Of a DNA stretch of 64,000 nucleotides, positions 34,522 to 47,584 are shown one piece after another. How positions within the stretch are numbered: the stretch's first letter is position 1; each line of letters begins with the position of its first letter. The stretch comes from Chiloscyllium plagiosum (lineage: Eukaryota). A program made the position numbers and the translations under genes. The notes beneath the pieces are model-generated. The model did no database searches. It saw only the letters and a program-made list of their open reading frames with translations, and was not told where the DNA came from. The stretch lies in contig NC_057719.1 of NCBI RefSeq assembly GCF_004010195.1, forward strand, positions 64,465,004 through 64,529,003. The letters are read 5' to 3'.

Positions 34522-36877
34522 GATACAAATGCAAACATGTTTCATTAATATCAGGACAGGGCTTACTTAAATATAATTTTATGAATATTTTTGAACCAAC
34601 AGTAGATTAAAAACTGTTAACAATATGAGGTACAACCTTGCAAATCATTAACATATTAAAAAAATAAATTGTGCATCAAGAAAGTGAACCATGAGGTCAC
34701 AACATGCTGTGCATGTTAATCTAAAGTGGGCTGGTTTAGCAGAAATGAAGGTAAATGAAGTTGAATGAGAAGAAGAAAGAATACAAGGTCTCATGGTGAT
34801 TAGAAATTCTTTTAAAAAGTATCTGTGTTCGGATGAAAGAATGTCTTTGTTTACATCAAGTATTGAAACTTAGTAGTGGACTGAATTGTTGCAGTAACTC
34901 TCAAAAAGTTAAGTTTTGTTTAAAACAGACACAGTGAATCAGATGTGATAATTCACTAAAGTTATGACGTTGTGGTGTAAGTATCATATGGCTGATAATA
35001 TGGCTGATTGGAATGACATAAGAGTGGTGAAAAGCAAGAGCAACTTTAGGTTTTATGTCAGAATTCATTAAAAGCAAGAGATAAGCCTCATTCCAAGGAG
35101 ACGGAAACAGGTCCTGATGAATTAACTGATTAAAGTTGCTGTGATGGATGGCCCCTTTGTGATGTTTGCTCGTGGTCAAACTAATCATTCGCTGGAGATT
35201 GGATAGTGTTAAGGTTTCAGTGAGCAGCTTTCTTGTCTAGAAAAGGTATTAAAAAAAACCCCTTGCCTCAGCAAAATTAGCCAGCTTGTCGAAGATGTCA
35301 CCAAATCAACACCTGGAAGATAGAGTAGGCTGATCGACTGTTCTTGTCTGAAGGTCAGACCAGTGATATCAAAGGGTTCATTTGTAAGTATTGTACAGGT
35401 AAGATGTTTCACTTTCTGTTGTAGTATACTTTGCTTTATAAAGAACATTGGATGTATTCTGTCCATAGAATTGCCTTGGATTATTGTTACTCAAAGTAAA
35501 CCCTACAGACTAGAAAATCAAAGCTTGAAAGAACAAAATGTGCAGTGAAGTATGATGGGAACATAAAAGTCAATGAATGAAGCTACAGAAAACATTCATT
35601 TTGCTACAATTCTGGGTTTAGGGAGTTGGGACTAGCAGTAAGATTAAGTGGTAAATGGACCCTAATTCCTTCTTTGTTCCCTTCAGTATGACGAGACCCT
35701 CCTGATACGTGTCCAGCACCAGTAGTTTCTGCACTGGCAGGCTTGTGGTCAGAAAGTAGAGGTGCTGGCCAAGTTCTGTTGTTGAATAAGCTGCAGATAC
35801 TGCCTTTGAAGATCAATCTGCTAGCTCTGGAACCCAAGAATTCTGCTACAGCTAGTGGTTCAGGAGCTGGCTCTTATGTCTCTGATTTAGCTGCAGTTGT
35901 TGACATAGCAGTCGGCTGCACTGAGTTACATCAATCCGGAATCCGATTATACTTTGCTGAAATGAAGTAGTGCGGTAATGAAATGTCTGAATGCTGAAAG
36001 TTTGACTCCAGGAATCTCCCATTATTTGCGATTCTCAACGTGAGCCTCACAATGCCAGTGAGGTTGTGGAGATGGCGGAGCTTCTGTTGACAACACTGCA
36101 AGCTCACCACCCCCTCCACGTTCAATGGACCCTCCTTGCATTGCAACAACATTGGCATCACAGGCTGCATTCGCCTTAGTCACAGACAAAGTCAAAGTAT
36201 CGAATGCATTATCACGACTACCCTCACAGGCAGAAAGGTCACCCTCAGGATACTGCATCCCTCCTTCTCTGCTGGTGTACCATCACATTGGTGCAATGTG
36301 CTTGTTTCCCTCCCATTCTCACTTCTAACAAGTCTCCCAGACACTGGTCCCACTGAGGCACATTTGCATCCGATGTGCCTGTAGTATCTGTCAGAGGAGA
36401 AAGAAATGTGCACTTCATCTTTGTCACTAAGTCATTCCAGTGCAAATAGTGTAAGCTTCATTCAACTGTTCATCTCACCCACATTTGAACGCCATGCCTG
36501 TTATAAAGGACATTTTATCTTTCTCATGTTAATTTTTACCACCTTAGTTATCCAAGAAACCCTGAATTTGTTTTTCCAACTTTTCTCACCTTGACTCCAC
36601 CTGAACCATCTGGTCTTTGAAGGTGGGTTGTTGTTCGTTCCTGTTTTTCCTGCTGACCTCTTGTCCCAATCAATCCTGCCCAGTTCTGTTCTTGACCCTG
36701 GATGGAGAATTTTATGAACACAGTTTCATCATCTTGAAGGAGATTGCCTTTTACAACATGTTGTAAGCTCAGTAAACAGCAGTGATCTTTCTGCATCTAC
36801 CAGTTTAATTGTACAAAGTTGGATGAAATTAGAGCTATCTCCAAGGCAACTGCATTTTACGATGTCATTAATAATGA

Positions 36878-36979
36878 TGAATAGTAAATACTTTGTGTAA
36901 TTACATAACATGGTAACCCAGAAATCAGTGAATAGTAAATACTTTGGGTAATTACTTGACATAGTAACCCAGAAAACAG
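36878..36979. repeat. 51-bp tandem duplication (2 copies)
   Basis: TGAATAGTAAATACTTTG(T/G)GTAATTAC..GTAACCCAGAAA repeated with a period of 51. Confidence 0.85.
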
Positions 36980-37114
36980 GATTTAAAGTTTCATAAATTA
37001 ATTTATATTTTGATAAATGAATAAATACATATATCTTGGTAGCTTGCACAAAAACATGCAATTTCTTTCGGTATTGGTTGACCATCATGGGGACAGTATG
37101 ATTTGCAGAAGAAT

Positions 37115-37785
37115 GTAGGAGCATCAGAACAGGAGTAGGCCATATAGCCCCTTGTTCCATCATTCAATAATATCATGGCTGATCTGTGGCCTAATTCATA
37201 TTCCTGCCTTTGGCCTATACCACTTTGCTTAACAAATACGTCTCTCTGATTTAAAATGAACAAATGTTCTAACATCTACAGGCCTTATGGAGGTTTACAA
37301 AAACATGAGAAGCATAGATAGGATAAATAGACAAGGTCTTTTCCCTGGGGTGGAGGAGTCCAGAACTAGAGGGCATAGGTTTGGGGCGAGAGGGGAAACA
37401 TATAAAATGAATGTAAGGGGCAACTTTTTCACACAGAGGTTGGTGTGTGTATGGAATGAGCTGCCAGAGAAAGTGGTGGAGGCTGGTAGAGTTTTAAACA
37501 TTTAAAAGGCACCTGGATGGGTATATGAACTGAAAGGGTTTAGAGGGATATGGGCTAAGTGCTGGCAAATAGGACTAGATTAGGTTAGGATATCTGATCA
37601 GCATGGACATGTTGGACCGAAGGGTCATTTCCGTGCTGTACATCTCTATGACTCTATGACTCTATTTGTGGAAGTCAGTCCCATATATCTAGCACCCTTT
37701 TTGTGTTGAAGTGCCTGTTAACATCTCTCCTGAATAATCTGGCCCTAATTCTCAGACTACTCCCCCTAGTTCTAGACTCTGCTTG
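37115..37785. mobile_element. Old CR1 3' end (-) with a younger CR1 3' end (+, ~37283-37664) nested inside
   Basis: EVYKNMR..FFTQRLVCVWNELP and (CTCTATGA)n tail within a minus-strand CR1 tail. Confidence 0.8.
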
Positions 37786-39961
37786 AAGCTCTTTCTGAGT
37801 AATACTTTTCTTGGGGCTCTGGTCTTTGACAGTCCAAACTCTATGCTGCATTCCACCTCAGAAAAAAATATGTTCACATCCTCATCCATGAAATTTTGAA
37901 ATCACTTCTTTATTACAATCCCTTACACTGCCATCCTCAGCAGACGAAAATATAAATATAAATAACTTGCTTACCCCCAGCAAGTTACAAAGATAACCAT
38001 CGAACATCATTGCATTTCTGAAATAAACAAGAACTAATTAAACAGCAATGATATGACTACAATTATATTCAAACTTTATAATACGTGCAAAAATGAATTA
38101 AACGTATAGAAATAATTATACTTACAATAATACTAGAGGAGTAACATTAAATCTTTGGAAAAATATGTAAAATAAAGCACTAGTGTAGCTAAGAATTGCT
38201 GAAGATACTTCTATCATGTCTGCTTCAGTTTAAATGCTGACGATGGTGCCCTCAAGGGCTACCTGTCCTTCAAATGTCATGGGATGGGTGTTGGGGTGGA
38301 GGGGTGTGGTCTGCCTTCCCTTATACTGCATGGGAAGACCTTGGGAGATAGCTTTGACACTGCTTTCAGGGACTGGCCCGTGGGTTGGTCTCTTCAACAG
38401 AGAGATTCAGACTGTTTTTTATAGTATCAGTATCATCTGTGAGGTATATAAGAGACATTGTAAAATCTGGGCTTTGGTCTTAAGTGAAATGATTATCAAA
38501 GTTAATGGGAACACCTTGCCATCACTCAAGTTGCACACTTATGACCACTTTGTATGTGTTAGTCCATGCTTATTTGTGGCTGCACACATCTCTGGAAGCA
38601 AAGGTTTATTTCACCTCTCTGCCTTACAGGAGGGGTGCGCCCTCATATAAGGAAGAGTGATGTCCAAAGTTCCCTCCAAAATGTGTGTGCAGCCACTTTG
38701 AGCATCCACAAATGAAGATCAGTGTGCCATTGCCATTTGTAGCATTGATTTCCGATTCCAGAATCACTACCGTGGACAGAACTCAGAGGTCTGCGAGGAA
38801 GAAAAAATATTGTGGGAATGCTGGTGATGTCCATTGCTCCATTAGTGTCCAAACTCTGCCTCTGAGCACATTCTCCAGTGGGAAAATACGTTTTTAAGCA
38901 CTTACTGCATTACTTTAGACATTGGAGTGAAGTCTACTTAAGCATTACACACTGTGAACATTGTATGTGAAATTCTAAATGCTTCAGTGTAAACAATGAT
39001 GGGTGGGTGGGTGGGTGAGAAGGAGCAGCCCATAGAACAGACAAGGTTGCCATTCTTGAATGTGGGAGTGGCAGGCATTGTAAACCATTTAAACGATTGA
39101 TAATAGTAACTTTTATTGAACAACAGGAGAGGTGTAGAAAAATCTCACAAATAAAGTGTATTTTTTTTGCACATAATAGGGGCTGCTTGCCTTCATGACA
39201 ACAACAACAAAAAATCAATATTCAGTGAACAATATGTTCACTTCACTCAGATCTCTTGCAAGCAGCTATCAATGAAGTTCTGAATGGCTTTTTGTACCTG
39301 ATGCTGCAACTTTGTATCATGGTGGCAGTGATGTTCCTCTTACTCAATGTCCTCATCTTTCTCATTGGAAACTGCTACTATGCCGGCTCCTCAGAGTCCA
39401 TCACATACCCCCAGGATTATATGGCACACTCCATCTAGACTGTACTGCAAGGCACCTCCCCAGCATTGGAATGTAATCTTGAATGGCCTGTTCCACAGTG
39501 GTTCTGGTGGAAGAATGGGCTGTAGTTAACTTACATTCTGCCTCAGTCAAGGGTTCCTTCAAGGAATCATCAGCCAAGGTTGGAGAGGTAGCACTTGTCT
39601 CCTAGCAGCATCCTTGTTCGAAATTTGACTGCTAGAATGAGGCAAAAACTTGAGAGTTATCAAGAATGTAGGCATTATGGCAGCTTCCAGGATATCTGGT
39701 GCAAACCTCTAAACTGTGGGAATAATGATCATAGTTGAGTTGGACATAGATCAAGTGGAAACCTTTCACATTAATCCATTCAGTTGCATTTTAATATGGC
39801 ATTTTCAACACAATGTATCTTGTACCTGGGGGAGGCCAGCAATGTTAGAAAATTCCACAGTCTGAACTGTCATGTTGACCTCATCATGGCAAGACGAGAT
39901 TAAATAGTGTAATCTTGCTCAAACTGCATTTGTAACATTCTTTATATAATCATTCTTGGAG

Positions 39962-40300
39962 TAAGTGATGGCCTGGTGGTATTATCACTCAACTATTAAA
40001 GCAAAGACACAGGTAATGTTCTGGGGAGTTGTGTTCACATTCTGCCCTTACAATTGGTGAAATTTGGAAATAAGAGTTTAATGATGACCACAAAGCCATT
40101 GCCTATTGTCAGGAAAACCCACTGGGTTCACTAATGTCCTTTAGAAAAGGAAACTGCTATCCTTACCCGGTCTGGCCCACCAGTGACTCCAGACTCACAC
40201 CAATGCAGTTGATTCTTACCTGCTCTCTGGGCAATTAGGGAGCAGCACTAAATGTTGGTCAGCCAGTGATCCCCACATCCCATGGATGAATTGTTTAAAA
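39962..40300 (+). mobile_element. tRNA-derived SINE (same family as 19900-20230)
   Basis: Shared GGTTCACTAATGTCCTTTAG and GTGACTCCAGAC blocks. Confidence 0.7.
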
Positions 40301-40731
40301 AGCTGTTTAAGATGCATGCTCTGCTGTCACCTTCTGAGTACAAATACTACTCCAGGAAATGATACAGTTTTATTATTGTTGTCCTGGGACATAGAACATT
40401 ACAATGCAGTACAGGCTCTTCAGCCCTTGATGTTGCATCGACTTGTGAAATCAATCTAAAGCCCATCTAATGTACATTATTTCATTTTCATCCATATGTT
40501 TATCCAGTTGAAAGAGTGTGATGCTGGAAAAGAACAGCGGTCAGGCAGTGTCTGAGGAGCAGGAGAATCAATGTTTCAAGCATAAGCCCTTCATCAGGAA
40601 TGAGGATGCTGCCTGACCTCCTGCGCTTTTCCAGCACCACACTCTTCGACTCTGATCTCCTGCATCTGCAGTCCTCATTTTCTCCTTTATATTTACCCAA
40701 TGACCATTTAAATACCCTTAATTCTGGTGGG

Positions 40732-40963
40732 CTGAAAATGTGTTGCTGGAAAAGCGCAGCAGGTCAGGCAGCATCCAGGGAACAGGAGAATCGACGTTTC
40801 GGGCATAAGCCCTTCTTCAGGAATGGCTTCAGGAATTCCTGAAGAAGGGCTTATGCCCGAAACGTCAATTCTCCTGTTCCCTGGATGCTGCCTGACCTGC
40901 TGCGCTTTTCCAGCAACACATTTTCAGCTCTGATCTCCAGCATCTGCAGATCTCATTTTCTCC
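40732..40963. mobile_element. Palindromic Penelope family B mini-element with two intact hammerhead cores
   Basis: Cores on the minus strand (about 40793-40820) and plus strand (40839-40866: CTGAAGA-AGGGC-TTAT-GCCC-GAAACGTC). Confidence 0.9.
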
Positions 40964-41998
40964 TTTATATTTACCCAATGACCATTTAAATACCCTTAAT
41001 TCTGGTGAGACCACTACTGTTGCAGGTAGGGCATTCCATGTCCTTACTACTCTCTGAGTAAAGAACCTATCTCTGACATTTGTCCTATATCTATCACCCC
41101 TCAATTTAAAGCTATGTCCATTCGTGCTAGCCATAGCCATCCGAGGAAAAAGGGCTCTCACTGTCACCCTATCATCTTACATGCCTATATTAAGTCACCG
41201 CTTAACATTCTTCTCTCTAATGAAAACAGCCTCAAGTCCCTCAGCCTTTCCTCAGAAGACCTTCCCTCCATACTAGGCAACAACCTGGTAAATCCCCTCT
41301 GCATCCTTTCCAAAGCTTCCACATCCTTCCTATAATGTGGCAACCAGAACTGCACGAAATAGTCCAAGTGAGGTTGCACTAGAGTTTTGTACAGCTACAA
41401 CATGGCCTCATGACTCCGAAACACAATCCCTTTACCAATACAAGCTAACACATCATATGCCTTCTTAACAACTCTATCAACCTGGATCACAACTTTCTGG
41501 GATCTATGCACGTGGACACCGAGAGCTCTCTGCTCATCCATACGACCAAGAGTCTTACCATTAGCCCAGTACTCTGTATTCCTGTTACTCCTTCTAAAGT
41601 GAATCGCCTCACACTTTTCCACATTAAACTCCATTGCCAACTCTCAGCCCAGCTCTGCAGCTTATCTATGTCCCTCTATAACCTGCAACATCCTTCGACA
41701 CTGTCCAGAACTCCATTGATATTAGTATCATCAGCAAATTTACTAACCCATCCTTTTACGCCCTCATCCAGGTCATTTATAAAAATATAAATATAAAAAT
41801 ATAAGCAGTGGCCCCAAAATAGATCCTTGTGGTACACCACTAGTAATTGAAGTCCAGGATGAACATTTTCCATCAACCACCTCTGTTTTCTTACAGCTAG
41901 CCAATTTCTGATCCAAACCTCATTCCGATGCCTCCATATTTTCTGCAATAGCCTACCATGGGGAACCTTATCAAATGCTTTACTGAAATCCATATACA

Positions 41999-42138
41999 AC
42001 TTTCCCCATTCCTGAAGAAGGGCTTATGCCCGAAACGTCGATTCTTCTGTTCCCTGGATGCTGCCTGACCTGCTGCGCTTTTCCAGCAACACATTTCCAG
42101 CTCTGATCTCCAGCATCTGCAGACCTCACTTTCTCCCC
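41999..42138 (+). mobile_element. Penelope family B pLTR with intact hammerhead core
   Basis: CTGAAGAAGGGCTTATGCCCGAAACGTC at 42012-42039; duplication GAAATCCATATACA on both sides. Confidence 0.88.
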
Positions 42139-45074
42139 GAAATCCATATACACCACATCAACTGCTTTACCCTCATCAATTTGTTTGGTCACCTTCTCAA
42201 AGAACTCAATAAGGTTTGTGAAGCACGGAATCGTGTTGACTATCCCTAATCAAATTATTCCTTTCTAAATGATTATATATCCTATTTGTTATAATCCTTT
42301 CCAAAACTTTGCCCACAACAGAAGTAAGGCTCACTGGTCTATAATTACCAGGGTTGTCTCTACTCCCCTTCTTGAACAAGGGGACAACATTTGCTCTCCT
42401 CCAGTCTTCTGGCACTATTCCTGTAGACAATGACGACATAACGATCAAAGCCAAAGGCTCTGCAATCTCCTCCCTGACTTCCCAGAGAATCTGAGGATAA
42501 ATCGCATCCAGCCCAGGGGATTTATCTATTTTCACACTTTCCAGAATTGCTAACACCTCCTTCCTTGTAAATCTCAATCTCATCTAGTCTGTATCTCAGT
42601 ATTCTCCTAAACATTGTCTTTTTCTTGTGTGAATACCAACAAAACATATTTATTTAGTATCTCTCCTAACTCTTCAGACTCCACGCACAAATTCCCATTA
42701 CTGTCCTTGACTGGCCCTAATCTTACTCTAGTCATTCTTTTATTCCTGATATACCTATAGAAAGCTTTAGGGTTTTCCTTGATCCTACCTGCCAAAGTCT
42801 TCTCATGTTCCCTCCTGGCTCTTCTTAGCTCTCTCTTTAGGTCCTTCTGGCTAACTTGCAACTCTCAAGCACACTAACTGAGCCTTCACTTCTCAACTTT
42901 ACATAAGTCTTCTTCTTCCCCTTGACAAGAGATTCAACTTCTTTAGTAAACCACGGTTCCCTTGCTCAGTGACTTCCTCCCTGCCTGACAGGTACATACT
43001 TATCAACGGCATACAGTAACTGTTCCTTGAATAACCTCCACATTTCTATTGTGCCCATCCCTGCAGTTTCCTTCCCCATCCTATGCATTCTAAATCTCGC
43101 CTAATCGTATCATGATTTTCTTTCCCCCAGCTATAATTCTTGCCCTGCGATATATACCTTTCCCTTTTCATCACTAAAGTAACATAACCAAATTGTGGTC
43201 ACTATCACCAAAGTGCTCACCTACCTCCAAATCAAACACCTGGCCTGGTTCATTACCTGGTACCAAATCCAAAGTGGCATTGCCTCTTGTTGGCCTATCT
43301 ACGTACTGTCTCAGGAAACTCTCCTGCACACATTGGACAAAAACTGACCCATCTAAGGTACTCGAACTATAGCATTTCCAGTCAATATTTGGAAAGTTAA
43401 AAATCCCCATAACAACTACTCGGTTACTTTCTCTCCTATCCAGAATCGTCTTTACAATCCTTTCCTCTACATCTCAGGAACGTTTCAGAGGCCTCTAGAA
43501 AACTCCCAGCAGGGTGACCTCTCCTTTCCTGTTTCTAACCTCAGCCCATACTGCCTCAGTAGACGAGTCCTCATCAAATGTCCTTTCTGCCACTGTGACA
43601 CAGTGCTTGACTAACAATTCCACACCTCCACCTCTTTTACCACCTTCCCTGATCCTACTGAAACATCTAAAACCCAGAACCTGCAACAACCATTCCTGTC
43701 CCTACTATATCGATGTTTCTGAAATGGCCACAACATCAAAATTCCAGGTACCAATCCATGCTGTAAGTTCACCCACCTTATTCCGAATGCTCCTGGCTTT
43801 GAAGTAGATACACTTGAAACCACTTTCCTGCCTGCCGATATATTCCTGCGACCTTGAAACTTTATTCATGACTTCACTGATGTCAACATCCTGGACAGTG
43901 GAGATACAAGAGTCGAAGAGTGTGGTGTTGGAAATATATAGCGGGTCAGGCAGGATCCTAGGAGCAGGAGAGCAGGATGCTGTCTGACTTGCTGTGCTTT
44001 TCCAACACCACACTCTTTGACTCTGATCTCCAGCATCTGTAGTCCTCACTTTCTCCCACTGGAGCTACAAATTCAGGTTCCCATCCCCCTGCTTAATTAA
44101 CTTAAACCTTCCTGAAGAGCATTAGCAAATTTCCCTCCTCTGGTTTAGGTGTAGACCATCCCGTTTGTAGAGGTCCCATCTACCCCAGAATGAGCCCCAA
44201 TTATCCAGATATCTGAATCCCTCCCTCCCGTACCACCCCTGTAGCCATGTGTTCAACTGCTCCCTCTCCCTATTCCTTGCCTTGCTAGCACGTGGCATGG
44301 ATAACAGCTCTGTTTGTTCTAGCTCTAAGCTTCTACTCTAGCTCTCTGAAGTTCTGCCTTACATCCCCATCCCTTTTCCTCCCTATGTCATTGGTGCTTA
44401 TGTAGACCATGACTTGGGGCTGCTCTCTTTCCCTCTTAAGGATCCTGAAAACACGATCCAAGACATCATGAACCCTAGCATCTGAGAAGCAACACACCAA
44501 CTGCGAGTCTCTCTCATTCCCACAGAATCTCCTATTTGTCCCCCTAACTATAGAGTCCCCAGTGACTAATGCTCTCCTCTTCTCTCCCATTCCCTTCTGA
44601 GCAACAGGGACAGACTCTGTGCCAGAGACCTGTACCCCATGGCTTACCCCTGGTAGATCATCGTCCCCAACAGTATCCAAACCAGTATACTTGTTATGCA
44701 GGGGAATGGACACAGGGGATCCCTGCACTGCCTGCTTCTTACTCCTTCTAACAGTCACCCAGGTATCTTCATTTCCTGGAGTAACTACCTCCCTGTAGCT
44801 TTTATCTATAACTGTCACTGCCTTCCGAACAATCTAAGTGCATCCAGTTCCAGCTCCAGTTCCCTGACACGGTTTTCAAGGAGCTGGAATTGGATGCACT
44901 GCCTGCAGGAGTACTCAGCTGGGACACTAATGATGTCCCTCACCTCAAACATCCCACAGGAACAACATTGCACTGTGTGCACTGCCATCTTCACCCTGAC
45001 TCAGTACTAATCTTCAGTCATCAGCAAGAAATCGTTGACCTTCTGAGATGTTAGACTCATGCAGATATAAGCAG

Positions 45075-45284
45075 GGTAAAAACAATGACTGCAGATGCTG
45101 GAAGCCAGATTCTGGATTAGTGGTGCTGGAAGAGCACAGCAGTTCAGGCAGCATCCAAGGAGCTTCGAAATCGACGTTTCAGGCAAAAGCCCAGGAGCAG
45201 CGAAATCGACTTTTGCCCGAAATGTCATTTTCGCTGCTCCTCGGATGCTGCCTAAACTGCTGTTATCTTCCAGCACCATTAACC
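45075..45284. mobile_element. Palindromic Penelope family A mini-element
   Basis: Inverted arms; TSD CAGATATAAGCAG at 45062-45074 and 45285-45297. Confidence 0.85.
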
Positions 45285-45310
45285 CAGATATAAGCAGCAC
45301 AGGTCATATA

Positions 45311-45519
45311 CAATATTGCCCCCCCCGTACCCGCGGGGGTTACGTTCCAAGACTACAGCAGAAGCCCAAAATCATGGATGAAGTGAACCCATTCATTTAA
45401 ATGGGAAATGTACCTTCCCGGTAGCTTCCTGGTCCCTGGTTCTGGAACGTTCCCTCTATTATGCTCGGGCTGTGGTAAACCGCGGGTAACTGAAACTGCG
45501 GGATATGGGGATTGCCATG
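45311..45519. mobile_element. Tc1/mariner (Tigger, MER44-like) MITE
   Basis: TA flanks; imperfect TIRs CA..CCCCCC.TACCCGCGG; subterminal GTTCCAAGAC and TTTCAGTTACCCGCGG resemble Tigger7/MER44 ends as recalled. Confidence 0.65.
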
Positions 45520-46121
45520 TATGTGCAAATACATTGGGATATTGTAACTGTCCCCAACTTGTAACTTTCCCCAACACAGTATGGACTGGACCTTGGTAAT
45601 CCCCCTTAGTGGCTACTGCAAACACCTCCAAGGCTGACCATGGTCCATACTCCGAGAGATCCCTGGACTAGTCAGACTTGATTTGCTGGACTGATCATGG
45701 CCCAATCGTCACAATGGAAGAACATTGACCGTAGATCCTAACTTTATTAAGTGCCTAAGCAAAAGTGAGGACTGCAGATGCTGGAAACCAGAGTTCAGAT
45801 CAGAGTGGTGCTGGAAAAGCACAGCAGGTCAGGCAGCATCCAAGGAGCAGGAAAATTGACATTTCGGGCAAGGTGACACCCCATGACAGACAATAGCCTA
45901 ATTTCACTCGATTAAAGTCTGCTCCTTCTTAGATTTTCAGATACAGCCTTTGGTTGAAGCATATGTGTTGTGTTTATCATGTAAGCTGCTGGCACATGCT
46001 GTACTTGTGATATTGATATAACATGGTACCATACAGCAACATGTCCAATTCCCTGTGTGCACTAAAACACAAGGCAAGACAGAGATGCTGTGAGCCTGTG
46101 AGTTCTGAATGAATAGGTAAT

Positions 46122-46830
46122 GGGAGAAAGTGAGGACTGAAGATGTTGGAGATCAGAGTCAGAAGGTGTGGTGCTGGAAAAGCACAGCCAATCAAGCAGC
46201 ACCTCAGGAGCAGGAGAGTCAACGTTTCAAGCTATGCTCTTTATCAGGTAGGAAAGTTCAAAAGAGTGGTGATGAATTGGACGGTTGGATCTGGGATGGG
46301 GGGAAGGGGAGATGAGGAAACTGGTGAAATCAACATTGATCCCATGTGGTTGGAGGGTCCCAAAGCAGAGGATAAGACATTCTTCCTCCAGGTGTTGGGT
46401 GGCTAGAATTTGACAGTGGAGGAGGCCCAGGATGTCCTTGGCAGAGTGGGAGGGGGAGTTGAAGTGTTCGGCCACAGGGTGGTGGCATTGTTTAGTGCAT
46501 GTGTCCCAGAGATGTTCTCTGAAACATTTCACAAGTCTCAAGTCTCCCCAATGTAGAGGAGACCACAATGGACACAGTAGGTAAGGAGTTTGGAGGTGCA
46601 GGAAAATTTCTGTTGGATGTGGAAGGGTTTTTTAGGGCCTTGGGTGGAGGTGAGGGGGGAGGTGGGGGCGCAGGCTTTACTCCTCTTGTGGTGACAAGGG
46701 AAGGTGCCAGGAGTGGAGGGTGAATTAGTGGGGGACGTGGACCTGACAACGGAGTGGTGGAGGGAATGGTCTCTGCGGAATGCAGATAGGGGTGGGGAAG
46801 GAAATGGCGGAGGATGATGTGTTGTATTTA
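46122..46830 (-). mobile_element. Penelope GIY-YIG/3' region (minus)
   Basis: CFREHLWDT..HPVAEHFNSPSHS..LEEECLI; pLTR end at 46122. Confidence 0.85.
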
Positions 46831-47584
46831 GGTGTTGGTCAACAATGCCCTCCAGTGCATTTCCTCCACTTCCTGCACCTCAGCCCTTGAACCTCATCCT
46901 TCCATTCACAATAAGGACAGAACCCCCCCCATCAGGGCCTCACCTTCCACCTCACCAACCTCCAGATACATCGCATCAACCTCCGCCATTTCTACCACTT
47001 ACAAACAGATCCCACCACCATGGATATATTTCCCTCTCCACCCCTATCTGTGTTCCACAGAGACCCTTCTCTCCACAACTCCCTTGTTTAGTTCACCCTC
47101 CTCCTCCCCCCCAACACACCCTCCACTTCCAGCATCTTCCCTTGCCACCACCTGCTCCACCACCTCCCCCCTCACTTCCATCCAAGGTCCCAAAGGATCC
47201 TTCCACATCCTGCAGAGATTTTCCTGCACCTCCAAATACCTCACCTATTGTGTCTGTTGCTCTCGATGTGGTCTCCTCTACATTGGGGAGACAGTAAGCC
47301 AACTTTCAGAACGTTTCAGAGAACATCTCTGGGACACATGCACTAAATAATCCCACCATTCTGTGGCCGAACACTTCAAATCCCCTCCCACTCTGCCAAG
47401 GACATGGAAGTCCTGGGCCTTCTCCACCTCCAAATCCAAACCATCCGAAGCCTGGAGGAAGAATGCCTCATCTTCCACCTTGAGACCCACCAACCATATA
47501 GGACAAATGTTGGTTTCACCAGTTTCTTCTTCCCACCTTATCCCAGATCCATCCGTCCAACTCACCCCAGCCCTCTGCTACCTG
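46831..47584 (+). mobile_element. Penelope GIY-YIG region (plus), running into a gap
   Basis: FSCTSKYLTYCVCCSRCGLLYIGET..LSERFREHL. Confidence 0.88.

Larger units (their letters stand above)
40388..44995 (-). mobile_element. Near full-length CR1 LINE (ORF1 zinc finger/SGNH esterase + ORF2 EN/RT) with at least four Penelope insertions
   Basis: ORF1 VQCCSCGMFE..CRQC..RVRELELEL and ALVTGDSIVRG..; ORF2 ARSIRNKVGEL..VAISET, SDHN, NYRPVSLTSVVGK, YMDFSKAFDKVPH, SKFADDT. Confidence 0.95.
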
